DNA of 64,000 nt from Candidatus Latescibacterota bacterium (GTDB lineage Bacteria > Latescibacterota > UBA2968), in assembly GCA_965207885.1 (NCBI GenBank), contig OZ242311.1:4352001-4416000 (forward strand), read 5' to 3'. Under the pieces are notes generated by a model. That model was not told the DNA's origin, ran no database searches, and saw only the letters and a list, made by a program, of their open reading frames with translations. A program made the translations under genes and the position numbers. Each line of letters begins with the position of its first letter. The first letter of the stretch is position 1. This document shows positions 18,503-27,460 of this stretch, one piece after another.

Positions 18503-19528
18503 TTACCTGCGATCCAGCATCTCTTCTGTCAGATTTGCCATATACTGCACCAGGGGAACGAGCCGACCATAAGGCAATCGCGTTGGTCCAATAATCCCGA
18601 TAACGCCCGACACGTTGCCCACAGAATACGTAGAAGTCAGCAAACTGCAATCTTTGAGCGCGGGGGATTCGTGTTCATCGCCAATCGTGATGGAAATACC
18701 CGCATCGCGCGCGCGGTCACTCAACAAATGCGCCACGTATTCACGGGCTTCCAGCATACCAATCAGACCGGCAAGGCGTTCGCTGGAAAAATCGGGCTGA
18801 CCAAAAAAATTGCGCGTACCATCCATATGCAAGTCCGCACTGCTCGGAAATCGGAATAAATGATCGGCACTATTGGCAAGCAAACGCAACAACTTGGGAG
18901 ACCCGGACGATGCGGACGCAAGCCGCTCTTTGACAGACGCCATAATCTCGCCTATCGTAAGCCCGGAAAGTCGCTGGTTGACCACCCGCCGCGTTTCTTC
19001 CAACTCGTCCTCTTCAATTTCTGAGTCGATTTCGACAACCATCGTCTTGACCAATCCAGACCGAATCGTCATCACTGTCAGCAACCTGGATTCGCTCAAC
19101 TTGAGCATTTCTAAACGCTCAAAAATGCCCTGTGTGAATTGAGGACCAAGGGCAATGCCCAGATTGTGCGATACATCGGCCAAAACTTTGGACACTTGCA
19201 CCAGTAAATCGTTGGCATTACCCTCTCGCAAACGCTCGACACTATCCCGAATAGACCGCTGTGCCGCCTCGGCGAGTTCCTCCTGATTCATCAGCATATC
19301 GACATAATACCGATAGCCCTTATCGCTCGGCACCCTACCCGCCGAAGTGTGAGGCTGGTACAAATACCCTTTTTCTTCCAGATCGGCCATCGAGTTTCGA
19401 ATGGTCGCCGCGCTGAGCCCCAGATCCATCTTGGAAATGGTGCGCGACCCCACTGGCTCGCCTGTGGTGACATAAGTGCCAATCAAAATATCGAGAATTG
19501 CTTTTTCCCGAGGTGTCAGTTCGGTCAT
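18503..19528 (-). CDS. hrcA: Heat-inducible transcription repressor HrcA
   Basis: 'GEPVGSRT', 'SAATIRNSMADLEEKGYLYQPHTSAGRVPSDKGYRYYVD', 'IGIIGPTR'. Confidence 0.96.
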   Translation of the reverse strand: MTELTPREKAILDILIGTYVTTGEPVGSRTISKMDLGLSAATIRNSMADLEEKGYLYQPHTSAGRVPSDKGYRYYVDMLMNQEELAEAAQRSIRDSVERLREGNANDLLVQVSKVLADVSHNLGIALGPQFTQGIFERLEMLKLSESRLLTVMTIRSGLVKTMVVEIDSEIEEDELEETRRVVNQRLSGLTIGEIMASVKERLASASSGSPKLLRLLANSADHLFRFPSSADLHMDGTRNFFGQPDFSSERLAGLIGMLEAREYVAHLLSDRARDAGISITIGDEHESPALKDCSLLTSTYSVGNVSGVIGIIGPTRLPYGRLVPLVQYMANLTEEMLDRR

Positions 19529-19597
19529 AGCATTCCCTTTCCGCCTGAATGAAAGGGGTAGAAAACGACCTATCCGCGTTGATACGTTAGTTTATGA

Positions 19598-19626
19598 TAT
19601 ATATAGGAAGAGACAGCGATTGTCAA
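19598..19626 (-). promoter_or_regulatory. Putative sigma70 promoter of hrcA-grpE-dnaJ
   Basis: Minus strand TTGACA-17 nt-TATATA. Confidence 0.5.
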
Positions 19627-19634
19627 GCCCCATC

Positions 19635-19672
19635 AAAAAACGGGTTGGCCGACTTACCCGACCAACCCGTTT
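19635..19672 (-). terminator. Intrinsic terminator after the CxxCH protein gene
   Basis: Minus strand AAACGGGTTGGTCG-loop-CGGCCAACCCG followed by TTTTTT. Confidence 0.8.
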
Positions 19673-19701
19673 CCGATCTCAGACCTGCTTATTTTTTAAT
19701 T

Positions 19702-21309
19702 TTACCCCACGGGCTTGCCAAAGGCATTGGCAAAGATCAAAAAGTCTGAAAATGCGACCGTACCATCCCCGTCCAAATCAGCCGCAGCATTGTATCCCGG
19801 CACGCCCTCGCTCGTGCCGAAAGCAGCGGCAAAGAGCAAGAAATCGGAAAAATCGACATCCCCGTCACCATCCAGATCAGCACTGCGCGTCTGGGACGGC
19901 GCCTGGCGTATCACCATTAGAGCTTGAACCACAGTTGGAGAATCAGATATTTGAATACCAATAATAGAGACGGTATCGCCCGGCATCAGATCAGAAATGG
20001 GGAAAAAAAGTTGGGCGAGATCATCAACATTGCCAGAAAAAAATATTGCCAGAATCTCTTCAGGGTTCCTCTGATCAAGGCTAATCATCAGAGCCTGTGA
20101 GACATCTATTCTTACCTGGTGACCACCGCGTTGGATGGAAAACGAATTGTTTTCAGCATCTACACTTTGAACACTGACCTCATTAATTTCAACAGGTTCC
20201 GGCTCCGTTTGCAGCATAATTTGCAAATCAGTTACACTGGCACCATTGACAACCTGAATCAGCGTCTCGGGATCACCCTCACCCGTTATGATATTGATTC
20301 CCACAAAAGCACCTAATTCAGCCATACCTCCCTGAGCATCCACCACATTTTGATTTAAAAGAAGCGCATAAGACCCATCTGGCACATGTTTCAACTCAAA
20401 CGCCAGTTGTTCATTGAAATCGACAATGCGAACAATGCCGAATACGATTAAATCAGTGTCATCACCTCTCTCCAGAGCTTCTAAATACAATTCAGGGTCA
20501 ATCAGTGCTGCTCCACCTAGTTCATCGCTCAGTGTAAAACCCTCTGGCAATATCGCCGCGCCGGAAACAACGGCATCTGACAATTCTACTGTGCCGAAGA
20601 AATACTGCTGCTGATCGGCAATAGGGTCTGTATCTGACGCGCCAATAAGCACCTGATAGGCTGCACCCTCGGGTAAATTAATGGTACCCGACAATGTCCT
20701 GCGATCAGTGCTGGCGGACAGATCGGGCGCATTTATAATCGCTTCAATCAGCTCTGTGGGAAAGGAAATAAAATCCCGGTCAATATCAAATCCACCCGCT
20801 GAATCAACAGTTACGACAGGCTGGTTCATCGTGATTTCAAATCGTTGCATCCCACTCGGCACGGGCGGATTCTTCACATCTTCCTGAAGCGTCACACCGC
20901 CAATTACAAACGAAGTTACAGCAGGCGTAACGAGTTGCTGTGGTACAAAACTATTGGGATCACCAGGATTTGTTACCTGAATACTTGGATCTACTGTACG
21001 ATCACCATCCGGATCACCCAATTCCTGACCATTGGACACGCCATCGCCATCTGAGTCGAGCATTGCGAGCATGGCATTCCACACAACCTGACCACTGCGA
21101 CCGGGCTGCGTTAGATAATTGTTGTTGATATCCCTGCCAAAAGAAGTGAGAGTACCACCGCCACCTGGGTTCACATGACACGAAGCACACCCGATCATAC
21201 TGCCATTGGGCAACTGACCAACCCGTGCTGGACGGGCATCTGCCTGTCCCCACCCAACAAAAACAAGGACCAGGACCGTTAGTACTCTGTGAGAATTCAA
21301 CCGCGACAT
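19702..21309 (-). CDS. Secreted multidomain protein: CxxCH/temptin-like N-domain, beta-rich core, C-terminal dockerin-like module
   Basis: Signal peptide ending ADA; 'CASCHVNPGGGG...FGRD...W...LDSDGDGVSNGQELGDP'; C-terminal 'ADLDGDGDVDFSDFL...ADLDGDGTVAFSDFL'; AGGAGG RBS. Confidence 0.75.
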   Translation of the reverse strand: MSRLNSHRVLTVLVLVFVGWGQADARPARVGQLPNGSMIGCASCHVNPGGGGTLTSFGRDINNNYLTQPGRSGQVVWNAMLAMLDSDGDGVSNGQELGDPDGDRTVDPSIQVTNPGDPNSFVPQQLVTPAVTSFVIGGVTLQEDVKNPPVPSGMQRFEITMNQPVVTVDSAGGFDIDRDFISFPTELIEAIINAPDLSASTDRRTLSGTINLPEGAAYQVLIGASDTDPIADQQQYFFGTVELSDAVVSGAAILPEGFTLSDELGGAALIDPELYLEALERGDDTDLIVFGIVRIVDFNEQLAFELKHVPDGSYALLLNQNVVDAQGGMAELGAFVGINIITGEGDPETLIQVVNGASVTDLQIMLQTEPEPVEINEVSVQSVDAENNSFSIQRGGHQVRIDVSQALMISLDQRNPEEILAIFFSGNVDDLAQLFFPISDLMPGDTVSIIGIQISDSPTVVQALMVIRQAPSQTRSADLDGDGDVDFSDFLLFAAAFGTSEGVPGYNAAADLDGDGTVAFSDFLIFANAFGKPVG

Positions 21310-21425
21310 AAACAATCCTCCTGAAGAGGGTGATAATTAGAGACAACACGACGCTGCATCTCATCTTCGGAAAATGTAGAACATGTCCTATTGAAAGGCA
21401 ACTGCTTTCTCAGTAAAAAATTGTC

Positions 21426-21453
21426 TTGCAACTTATAGAGAAATGTATATAAT
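21426..21453 (+). promoter_or_regulatory. Putative sigma70 promoter of glnA
   Basis: TTGCAA-16 nt-TATAAT. Confidence 0.5.
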
Positions 21454-21661
21454 TAGACCTTGTTTTTTTCGTATTTTTCTATAATTGAATCTTGTTTTTC
21501 GGGTATCATCGCCCGACAGTGTAACACATATTTAATACATGAGAAATCACGCGGAAACAAACACCATCTATATTCCGTGCCGATATGTCGGGTCGGCAAA
21601 ACTGCCGATCCTTTCATTTATCAATACCAGGCCACATTTCTCACAATGAAAGGAGCAAAAT

Positions 21662-23080
21662 ATGGCCCAAACGCCACAAGATGTTCTTGCAATGATCGCA
21701 GATCGGGGCATTAGAGTTGTCGATTTTCGCTTTACCGATTTTCCCGGACATTGGCAGCATTTTACTGTCATGTCTTCAGAGATCGAAGAAGACACCTTTG
21801 AAGACGGACTCGGCTTTGACGGATCCAGTATTCGCGGCTGGCAGGCTATCAACGAATCGGACATGCTCGTCATTCCCGATCCCGCCACAGCGTTGATCGA
21901 TCCCTTCCTCGAAGAACCCACCCTCGTAATGATCTGTAATATTGCCGATCCCATCACCAAAAGCGGCTATTCGCGCGACCCGCGTTCGGTCGCTCAAAAA
22001 GCCGAAGCCTATATGCAATCCACGGGCATTGGCGATACGGCATTTTTCGGTCCAGAAGCCGAATTTTTTGTTTTTGACGATGTGCGCTTTGGCGAAGGGT
22101 CAAACCACGCCTTTCACAGAGTAGATTCGGTTGAAGGCTACTGGAATTCGGGCAGAGATGAAGGTCCCAACCTCGGTTACAAACCCCGCCACAAAGAAGG
22201 CTATTTCCCCGTGCCGCCCCACGACACGCTACAAAATATACGCACGGAAATGGTGCTGACCATGGAAGAGGTCGGCATTGACATTGAAGTTCACCACCAC
22301 GAAGTATCAACCGGTGGTCAGGGCGAAATCGACATTCGGTTCTGCCCGATGGTCACATGCGCCGACAGAATGACCTGGTACAAATACATCGTCAAAAACG
22401 TGGCACACAAACACGGCAAAACCGCCACCTTTATGCCCAAACCGCTTTTTGAAGACAATGGCACGGGTATGCACACGCACCAGAGCATCTGGAAAGGCGA
22501 TGAGCCCCTCTTTGCCGGGTCGGGATACGCGGGCCTGAGCGAAATGGCACTGCACTATATCGGCGGCATTCTCAAACACGCCGATGCGTTGATCGCATTG
22601 ACCAACCCGACCACCAACTCATTTAAGCGTCTGGTACCCGGGTATGAAGCCCCGGTCAATCTGGCCTATTCGCAGCGCAATCGCAGTGCTGCAATACGCC
22701 TCCCGATGTATTCTCAAAGTCCCAAAGCCAAGCGCGTCGAATTTCGGTGTCCGGACCCGAGTGCCAATCCCTATCTGGCTTTCGCGGCCATGTTAATGGC
22801 TGGCCTGGACGGCATTCAAAACAAAATTCATCCAGGGGATCCGCTCGACAAAAACCTCTACGATCTCGAACCCGAAGAAGCCGCATCTATCCCGCAGACA
22901 CCGGGTTCACTGTCCGATGCCCTCGATGCATTGGCGGCGGATCACGACTTCCTGCTCAAGGGTGATGTCTTTACCGAAGACGTGATCGAAACCTGGATCG
23001 AATACAAGCGCGAAAACGAAGTTGACGCCATCAACCAGCGTCCTCATCCACACGAATTCGCACTTTACTTCGACGTGTAA
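21662..23080 (+). CDS. glnA: Glutamine synthetase type I
   Basis: 'FDGSSI', 'GPEAEFF', 'HHHEV', 'TFMPKP', 'RLVPGYEAP', 'RVEFRCPDP', adenylylation-type 'NLYDL'. Confidence 0.98.
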   Translation: MAQTPQDVLAMIADRGIRVVDFRFTDFPGHWQHFTVMSSEIEEDTFEDGLGFDGSSIRGWQAINESDMLVIPDPATALIDPFLEEPTLVMICNIADPITKSGYSRDPRSVAQKAEAYMQSTGIGDTAFFGPEAEFFVFDDVRFGEGSNHAFHRVDSVEGYWNSGRDEGPNLGYKPRHKEGYFPVPPHDTLQNIRTEMVLTMEEVGIDIEVHHHEVSTGGQGEIDIRFCPMVTCADRMTWYKYIVKNVAHKHGKTATFMPKPLFEDNGTGMHTHQSIWKGDEPLFAGSGYAGLSEMALHYIGGILKHADALIALTNPTTNSFKRLVPGYEAPVNLAYSQRNRSAAIRLPMYSQSPKAKRVEFRCPDPSANPYLAFAAMLMAGLDGIQNKIHPGDPLDKNLYDLEPEEAASIPQTPGSLSDALDALAADHDFLLKGDVFTEDVIETWIEYKRENEVDAINQRPHPHEFALYFDV

Positions 23081-23107
23081 TATTGTAAGCCGTTTTTAGA
23101 CGTACAG

Positions 23108-23145
23108 AAAAGCAGGTGGTCATATCCCGACCACTTGCTTTTTTT
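23108..23145. terminator. Intrinsic terminator after glnA, probably bidirectional
   Basis: AAAAGCAGGTGGTC-N7-GACCACTTGC followed by T7. Confidence 0.85.
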
Positions 23146-23156
23146 GTCCAGCCCTC

Positions 23157-23945
23157 TCAATCCCTCAACTTCGTCTTCTCATCCCACCTCACCACATCCA
23201 GATGTTTTTGTGAAAAGCCAATCGCATCCCGAACATCGGTACCGCGCATGTCGGCGTTGTCAAACTGGGCTTTAAAGAGATCGGTTTTTTGCATGCGGGC
23301 GCGCTGGAGATTGGCCTGGCGCAAATCCACTTTGACGAGATCGGCCTCCTGGAGCCTGGCACTTTGCAGATTGGCCCCCCTCAAATTGGCATCGGTCAAA
23401 TCCGACTTTCTAATATCTGCTGTACGCAAGGTGGCATTTTCGAAATCCACCTTGACCAATATGGCCTCTGACAAATTGGCCTTATAAAAATTCGCATTTT
23501 TGCATCTGGCGTCACGCAAATTGCACCCCACCAATTTTGCCTCCTCAAAATTTGCGTCTTCCATATTTGCACCGCTGAGATCAGCCAATTCCAAATCGGC
23601 TGGCGAGACCTGTGCGTCTTTCATATTCGCTCTTGTAAGGATCGCATTCTGCAAGAACGCCCCGCTCAGATCAGCACCTTCGAGATTTGCATCGCGCAAA
23701 TTAGCCTGTAAAAGACGCGCGCGCTGTAAGTTCGCACCCGATAAATTTGCACCCCGCAACTGCGCGCCACTGAGAATGGCTTCGCGCATATCGGCGTGTT
23801 GTAATGCGGCATTCTGCAATTCCGCTCGGTTTAGATTTGCACCGACCAGATCAGCGCGTGCTCCCTCTGTCCCGTTGGACGCTATCCAGGCTTGATGTCG
23901 TGCAAGGATCTCGCGCATCTGTGCAGGTGAAAGAGTTATGGGCAT
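23157..23945 (-). CDS. Pentapeptide repeat protein
   Basis: Continuous A(D/N)Lxx repeats after the 'H..W....G..G.RADL' N-cap. Confidence 0.92.
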   Translation of the reverse strand: MPITLSPAQMREILARHQAWIASNGTEGARADLVGANLNRAELQNAALQHADMREAILSGAQLRGANLSGANLQRARLLQANLRDANLEGADLSGAFLQNAILTRANMKDAQVSPADLELADLSGANMEDANFEEAKLVGCNLRDARCKNANFYKANLSEAILVKVDFENATLRTADIRKSDLTDANLRGANLQSARLQEADLVKVDLRQANLQRARMQKTDLFKAQFDNADMRGTDVRDAIGFSQKHLDVVRWDEKTKLRD

Positions 23946-23961
23946 GTGATTTCTCCCTTCG

Positions 23962-24519
23962 CTAAATTTTGATGACCTCGTTTTCGGTTACGATCAAATC
24001 CATCTTCACATCGTGTGGCTCGGCAGGCACGCGATCTATGATCTGAAAGGCATAAGATAAACCGATTCGAACTGCTTCAGTCCGTGCCAGAAATCGGTCA
24101 TAATATCCACCACCCGATCCAATCCGATGCCCACGGCGATCAAAAGCGATACCCGGAATGAGGATCAGGTCAATAGTATGAGACAACAACACCTTTTGGG
24201 AATCTGGAACCGGTTCGCGCAAGCCATAATGCACAGGTCGCAGATCGCTCAGTCCCGCAATTGCCTGAAAATTCATATCCCCATCTTTCCCCGTAACAGG
24301 TACTCCCACCTGTTTGCCGCTGTCAATTGCTTTTTGGATCACTATTCTCGTATCCACTTCATTTTTTATCGACACATAACAGGCGATGCACCGTGCAAGC
24401 TGGTATGCTGGCATATCGATTAGCTGGCGATAAATACGCAAACTCTTCTCGCGAACAACTCGTTCGGACATTTGGACACGCTCGGAGCGAAGGCTATGTT
24501 TTAGATCTGGCTTTGTCAT
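23962..24519 (-). CDS. fau: 5-formyltetrahydrofolate cyclo-ligase
   Basis: 'K..LR', 'EVDT', 'DLILIPGIAFD..GHRIGSGGGYYDRFL', 'HDVKMDLIVTE'. Confidence 0.93.
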   Translation of the reverse strand: MTKPDLKHSLRSERVQMSERVVREKSLRIYRQLIDMPAYQLARCIACYVSIKNEVDTRIVIQKAIDSGKQVGVPVTGKDGDMNFQAIAGLSDLRPVHYGLREPVPDSQKVLLSHTIDLILIPGIAFDRRGHRIGSGGGYYDRFLARTEAVRIGLSYAFQIIDRVPAEPHDVKMDLIVTENEVIKI

Positions 24520-24540
24520 GATAAGTTTCTCGCTTCTCCC

Positions 24541-24569
24541 TTGACTTTAATAAATTAAACCGTTAAAAT
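24541..24569 (+). promoter_or_regulatory. Putative sigma70 promoter of the uppS operon
   Basis: TTGACT-17 nt-TAAAAT. Confidence 0.55.
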
Positions 24570-24637
24570 TTCACAACATTTTTTATTGTATTTTATCGGC
24601 ATTCAGGCGGACAAGTTGAATTTTCATCGTTAATAAT

Positions 24638-25477
24638 ATGAAAGACACACACATAAACGGCTCTCGCGACTGTACTCAGCTTCAAGATAGACTAAAAGCG
24701 CGAGGCAACCTGCCGTCGCATATTGCGATAATTATGGATGGCAATGGGCGGTGGGCGCAACAGCGAGATTTGCGCCGCACAGATGGGCATCGGTCTGCCC
24801 GCGAAACTGTGCGCGATATTGTGCGTGCCTGTGGCGAACTCGAAATAGATATTCTCACCCTGTTCACCTTTGGCACAGACAATTGGCGTCGCCCCTGGTC
24901 AGAAGTATTGTCACTGATGCAATTGTTGCGTGACTGTTCACACGAAGAACTCAATGAATTGCAGGAAAACAACGTGCGTCTCATTGCAACCGGCGATACG
25001 GATCGGTTGGTCAAGCACTCGCGTAAAGCACTTGAAAATGCCATTCGCGAAACGGCTAACAATACGGGGCTTACGCTTAATCTCGCATTGAGCTACGACG
25101 GCAAAAGCGATATTCTTCAAGCCGTGCAAAGCATTGCTGCCGACATCGCACAGGGACGCATTTCACCAGACGCTATTGATGCCAACTTATTTTCCAAACG
25201 CCTTTATACAGGTGATTTGCCCGATCCCGATTTGCTGATTCGCACCAGCGGCGAAGTGCGCTTGAGTAATTTTATGCTCTGGCAATGTGCTTATACCGAA
25301 TTCTGGTTTACAGATGTGCTGTGGCCCGATTTTAAGCGCAAGCACCTCTACGAAGCCATCCGCAGTTATCAAAATCGAGAACGGCGGTTTGGCAAAACAG
25401 GACTTCAATTGCGCGATGAAACGCTCGCAAGCAAAACCAATGGGTCTTCGGAGGACTTGTGGCAAAGTCCAATCTAA
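24638..25477 (+). CDS. uppS: Undecaprenyl diphosphate synthase
   Basis: 'PSHIAIIMDGNGRWA', 'PDLLIRTSGEVRLSNFMLWQ', 'RERRFG'. Confidence 0.96.
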   Translation: MKDTHINGSRDCTQLQDRLKARGNLPSHIAIIMDGNGRWAQQRDLRRTDGHRSARETVRDIVRACGELEIDILTLFTFGTDNWRRPWSEVLSLMQLLRDCSHEELNELQENNVRLIATGDTDRLVKHSRKALENAIRETANNTGLTLNLALSYDGKSDILQAVQSIAADIAQGRISPDAIDANLFSKRLYTGDLPDPDLLIRTSGEVRLSNFMLWQCAYTEFWFTDVLWPDFKRKHLYEAIRSYQNRERRFGKTGLQLRDETLASKTNGSSEDLWQSPI

Positions 25478-26286
25478 TTCAGCGCGTGTTGGCAGCCGCA
25501 GTTTTTGGTCCAGTTTTGGTGGTGCTATTCTGGTTGGGTGACTATTGGCTATTTGTGATGTGGTGCGGCGTGGTCTCTGTAGGAACCTGGGAATTTTATC
25601 GCATGCTATCGCAGAAAGGGCTGCAACCCTGGACGGGATTTGGCATTATTATATCTCTCTCCTGGTGTGCTGTGGCATTTGTTATTGGGCCAAATGCTTT
25701 CGTATTTTTTTTTCTCGTATTATTGCTTTTGATGTTTAGCATAGCCCTGTTTCGAGACACCACAGGCCATCGCCTGCTCAATGCGGGTGGCACGCTCTTA
25801 GGGGTACTTTATGTCGGTTTTTTGGGCAGTTTTGTTCTCATAGTGAGAAACACATTACCCGTTGGCGCGTCAGAACTTGCTGTTCTTATTTTACTGGGGA
25901 TTTGGGCCAATGATACAATGGCCTATTTTTTTGGGCGGTGGTTTGGCCGATGGCATCCCTTTCCCACAATCAGCGCGGCTAAGACCGAAGCAGGATTCAT
26001 CGGAGGTCTTCTATCCGCACTTTTGGTCACAGGACTCGGTGGACAGGTACTCGGACTGTTTAATATAGCCCAAAGCCTCATACTCGGCCTTCTCATAGGC
26101 ATTGGGGCATCTTTGGGGGATCTCGTTGAATCCATGATCAAACGCGACATGGACGTCAAAGATACATCGGAATTGATCCCCGGGCACGGTGGCGCCCTGG
26201 ATCGCTTTGACAGTACTTTTTTTGTTTTTCCACTCGTCTATCTTTATTTTCAACTGATAGCCAGTACCTCACCGGTGTTGGACTAA
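25459..26286 (+). CDS. cdsA: Phosphatidate cytidylyltransferase
   Basis: Multi-TM; 'GDLVESMIKRDMDVKDTSELIPGHGGALDRFDS'. Confidence 0.95.
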   Translation: MAKSNLIQRVLAAAVFGPVLVVLFWLGDYWLFVMWCGVVSVGTWEFYRMLSQKGLQPWTGFGIIISLSWCAVAFVIGPNAFVFFFLVLLLLMFSIALFRDTTGHRLLNAGGTLLGVLYVGFLGSFVLIVRNTLPVGASELAVLILLGIWANDTMAYFFGRWFGRWHPFPTISAAKTEAGFIGGLLSALLVTGLGGQVLGLFNIAQSLILGLLIGIGASLGDLVESMIKRDMDVKDTSELIPGHGGALDRFDSTFFVFPLVYLYFQLIASTSPVLD

Positions 26287-26291
26287 TTTTT

Positions 26292-27446
26292 ATGGTAAAA
26301 CGCGTTGCCCTTCTCGGATCCACAGGCTCTATCGGCACAAACACGCTACGTGTTCTGAATAGCCTATCCGACCGATTTGAACTGGTGAGTTTATGTGCCG
26401 GACGCAATGCCGAGTTGCTGTGCGAACAAGCCGAGCGCTGGCGTCCTAAGCGCGTTTGTATTGCCCAGGGGGCAAAAGAGGTGCAGGCGCGTCTCGCACC
26501 ACTGGGTATTGAAGTGCTCGAAGGCAGCGCGGGCTTGCAGGACCTGTCTGTCGATCCCGATACCGACCTGATCATTAATGGCCTGGCGGCAGGCGTGGGA
26601 CTGCGCCCTACGCTATCTGCTGTGCGCGCAGGCAAAGATGTGGCAATTGCCAACAAAGAGACACTGGTTGTCGCAGGGCATCTGGTAACTGATTGGGCAA
26701 AACAGACCGGCGCCACATTATTGCCGATCGACAGTGAGACAACGCCGCTGTGGCAATCGTTGCAAGAGACGAACCGAGACGAGGTCAAACGCATTTTACT
26801 GCCCGCCTCGGGCGGCCCTTTTTTTGACTATACGCAAAAGCAAATGGCGAGTGTTTCACGCGATCAGGCACTCAATCACCCCACCTGGCAGATGGGACCA
26901 AAAATTACGATTGACTCGGCCACATTGATGAATAAAGGCTTTGAAGTGATCGAAGCACAGTGGTTTCTCGATTTGCCAGTCTCGAAAATCGATGTAATTA
27001 TCCATCGACAGTCTATTGTGCATTGTCTTATCGAATATGTGGATGGCGGCATGATGGCGCACCTGAGCACACCCGATATGCAGTTGCCCATTCATCAGGC
27101 TCTGGTACATCCCGAAAAGCTGCCCACACAGGTTGAACCTCTGGACCTGACAAAGGTCGGCACATTGAGTTTTTTTCAGCCCGATACAGAGCGATTCCCC
27201 TGTCTTCAATTGGCATATCAAGCCGTAGAACAGGGCGGAACTGCGCCCGCTACACTCAACGCTGCCAATGAAGTCGCCGTGTATGCTTTTCTCGATGGCC
27301 GCATCGGATTTCTCGACATCCCGCGTGTGATTGCACAAGCCCTTGATGAGCACGAGGCAGGCGAAGACACTCTCGAGGCGATCTTTGACGCAGACCGCTG
27401 GGGACGAGACCGCGCAAATGAGCTGATTTGTTCACTTGAATCATAG
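26292..27446 (+). CDS. dxr: 1-deoxy-D-xylulose-5-phosphate reductoisomerase
   Basis: 'LGSTGSIG', 'ANKETLV', 'ASGGPF', 'HPTWQMGPKITIDSATLMNKGFEVIEA', 'NAANEVAV'. Confidence 0.96.
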   Translation: MVKRVALLGSTGSIGTNTLRVLNSLSDRFELVSLCAGRNAELLCEQAERWRPKRVCIAQGAKEVQARLAPLGIEVLEGSAGLQDLSVDPDTDLIINGLAAGVGLRPTLSAVRAGKDVAIANKETLVVAGHLVTDWAKQTGATLLPIDSETTPLWQSLQETNRDEVKRILLPASGGPFFDYTQKQMASVSRDQALNHPTWQMGPKITIDSATLMNKGFEVIEAQWFLDLPVSKIDVIIHRQSIVHCLIEYVDGGMMAHLSTPDMQLPIHQALVHPEKLPTQVEPLDLTKVGTLSFFQPDTERFPCLQLAYQAVEQGGTAPATLNAANEVAVYAFLDGRIGFLDIPRVIAQALDEHEAGEDTLEAIFDADRWGRDRANELICSLES

Positions 27447-27460
27447 AAACGAGGTTTCCC

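Noticed and set aside
21519-21540. TGTAACACATATTTAATACA as a GlnR/TnrA or NtcA box before glnA
   Set aside because: Spacing fits neither TGTNA-N7-TNACA nor GTA-N8-TAC
23157-23945. Pentapeptide repeat protein as a Qnr-type resistance gene
   Set aside because: Generic A(D/N)Lxx repeats with no Qnr-specific features or mobile context
24520-24637. 6S RNA, often found upstream of 5-formyl-THF cyclo-ligase
   Set aside because: Spacer is only 118 nt, AT-rich, holds a promoter, and shows no long irregular hairpin
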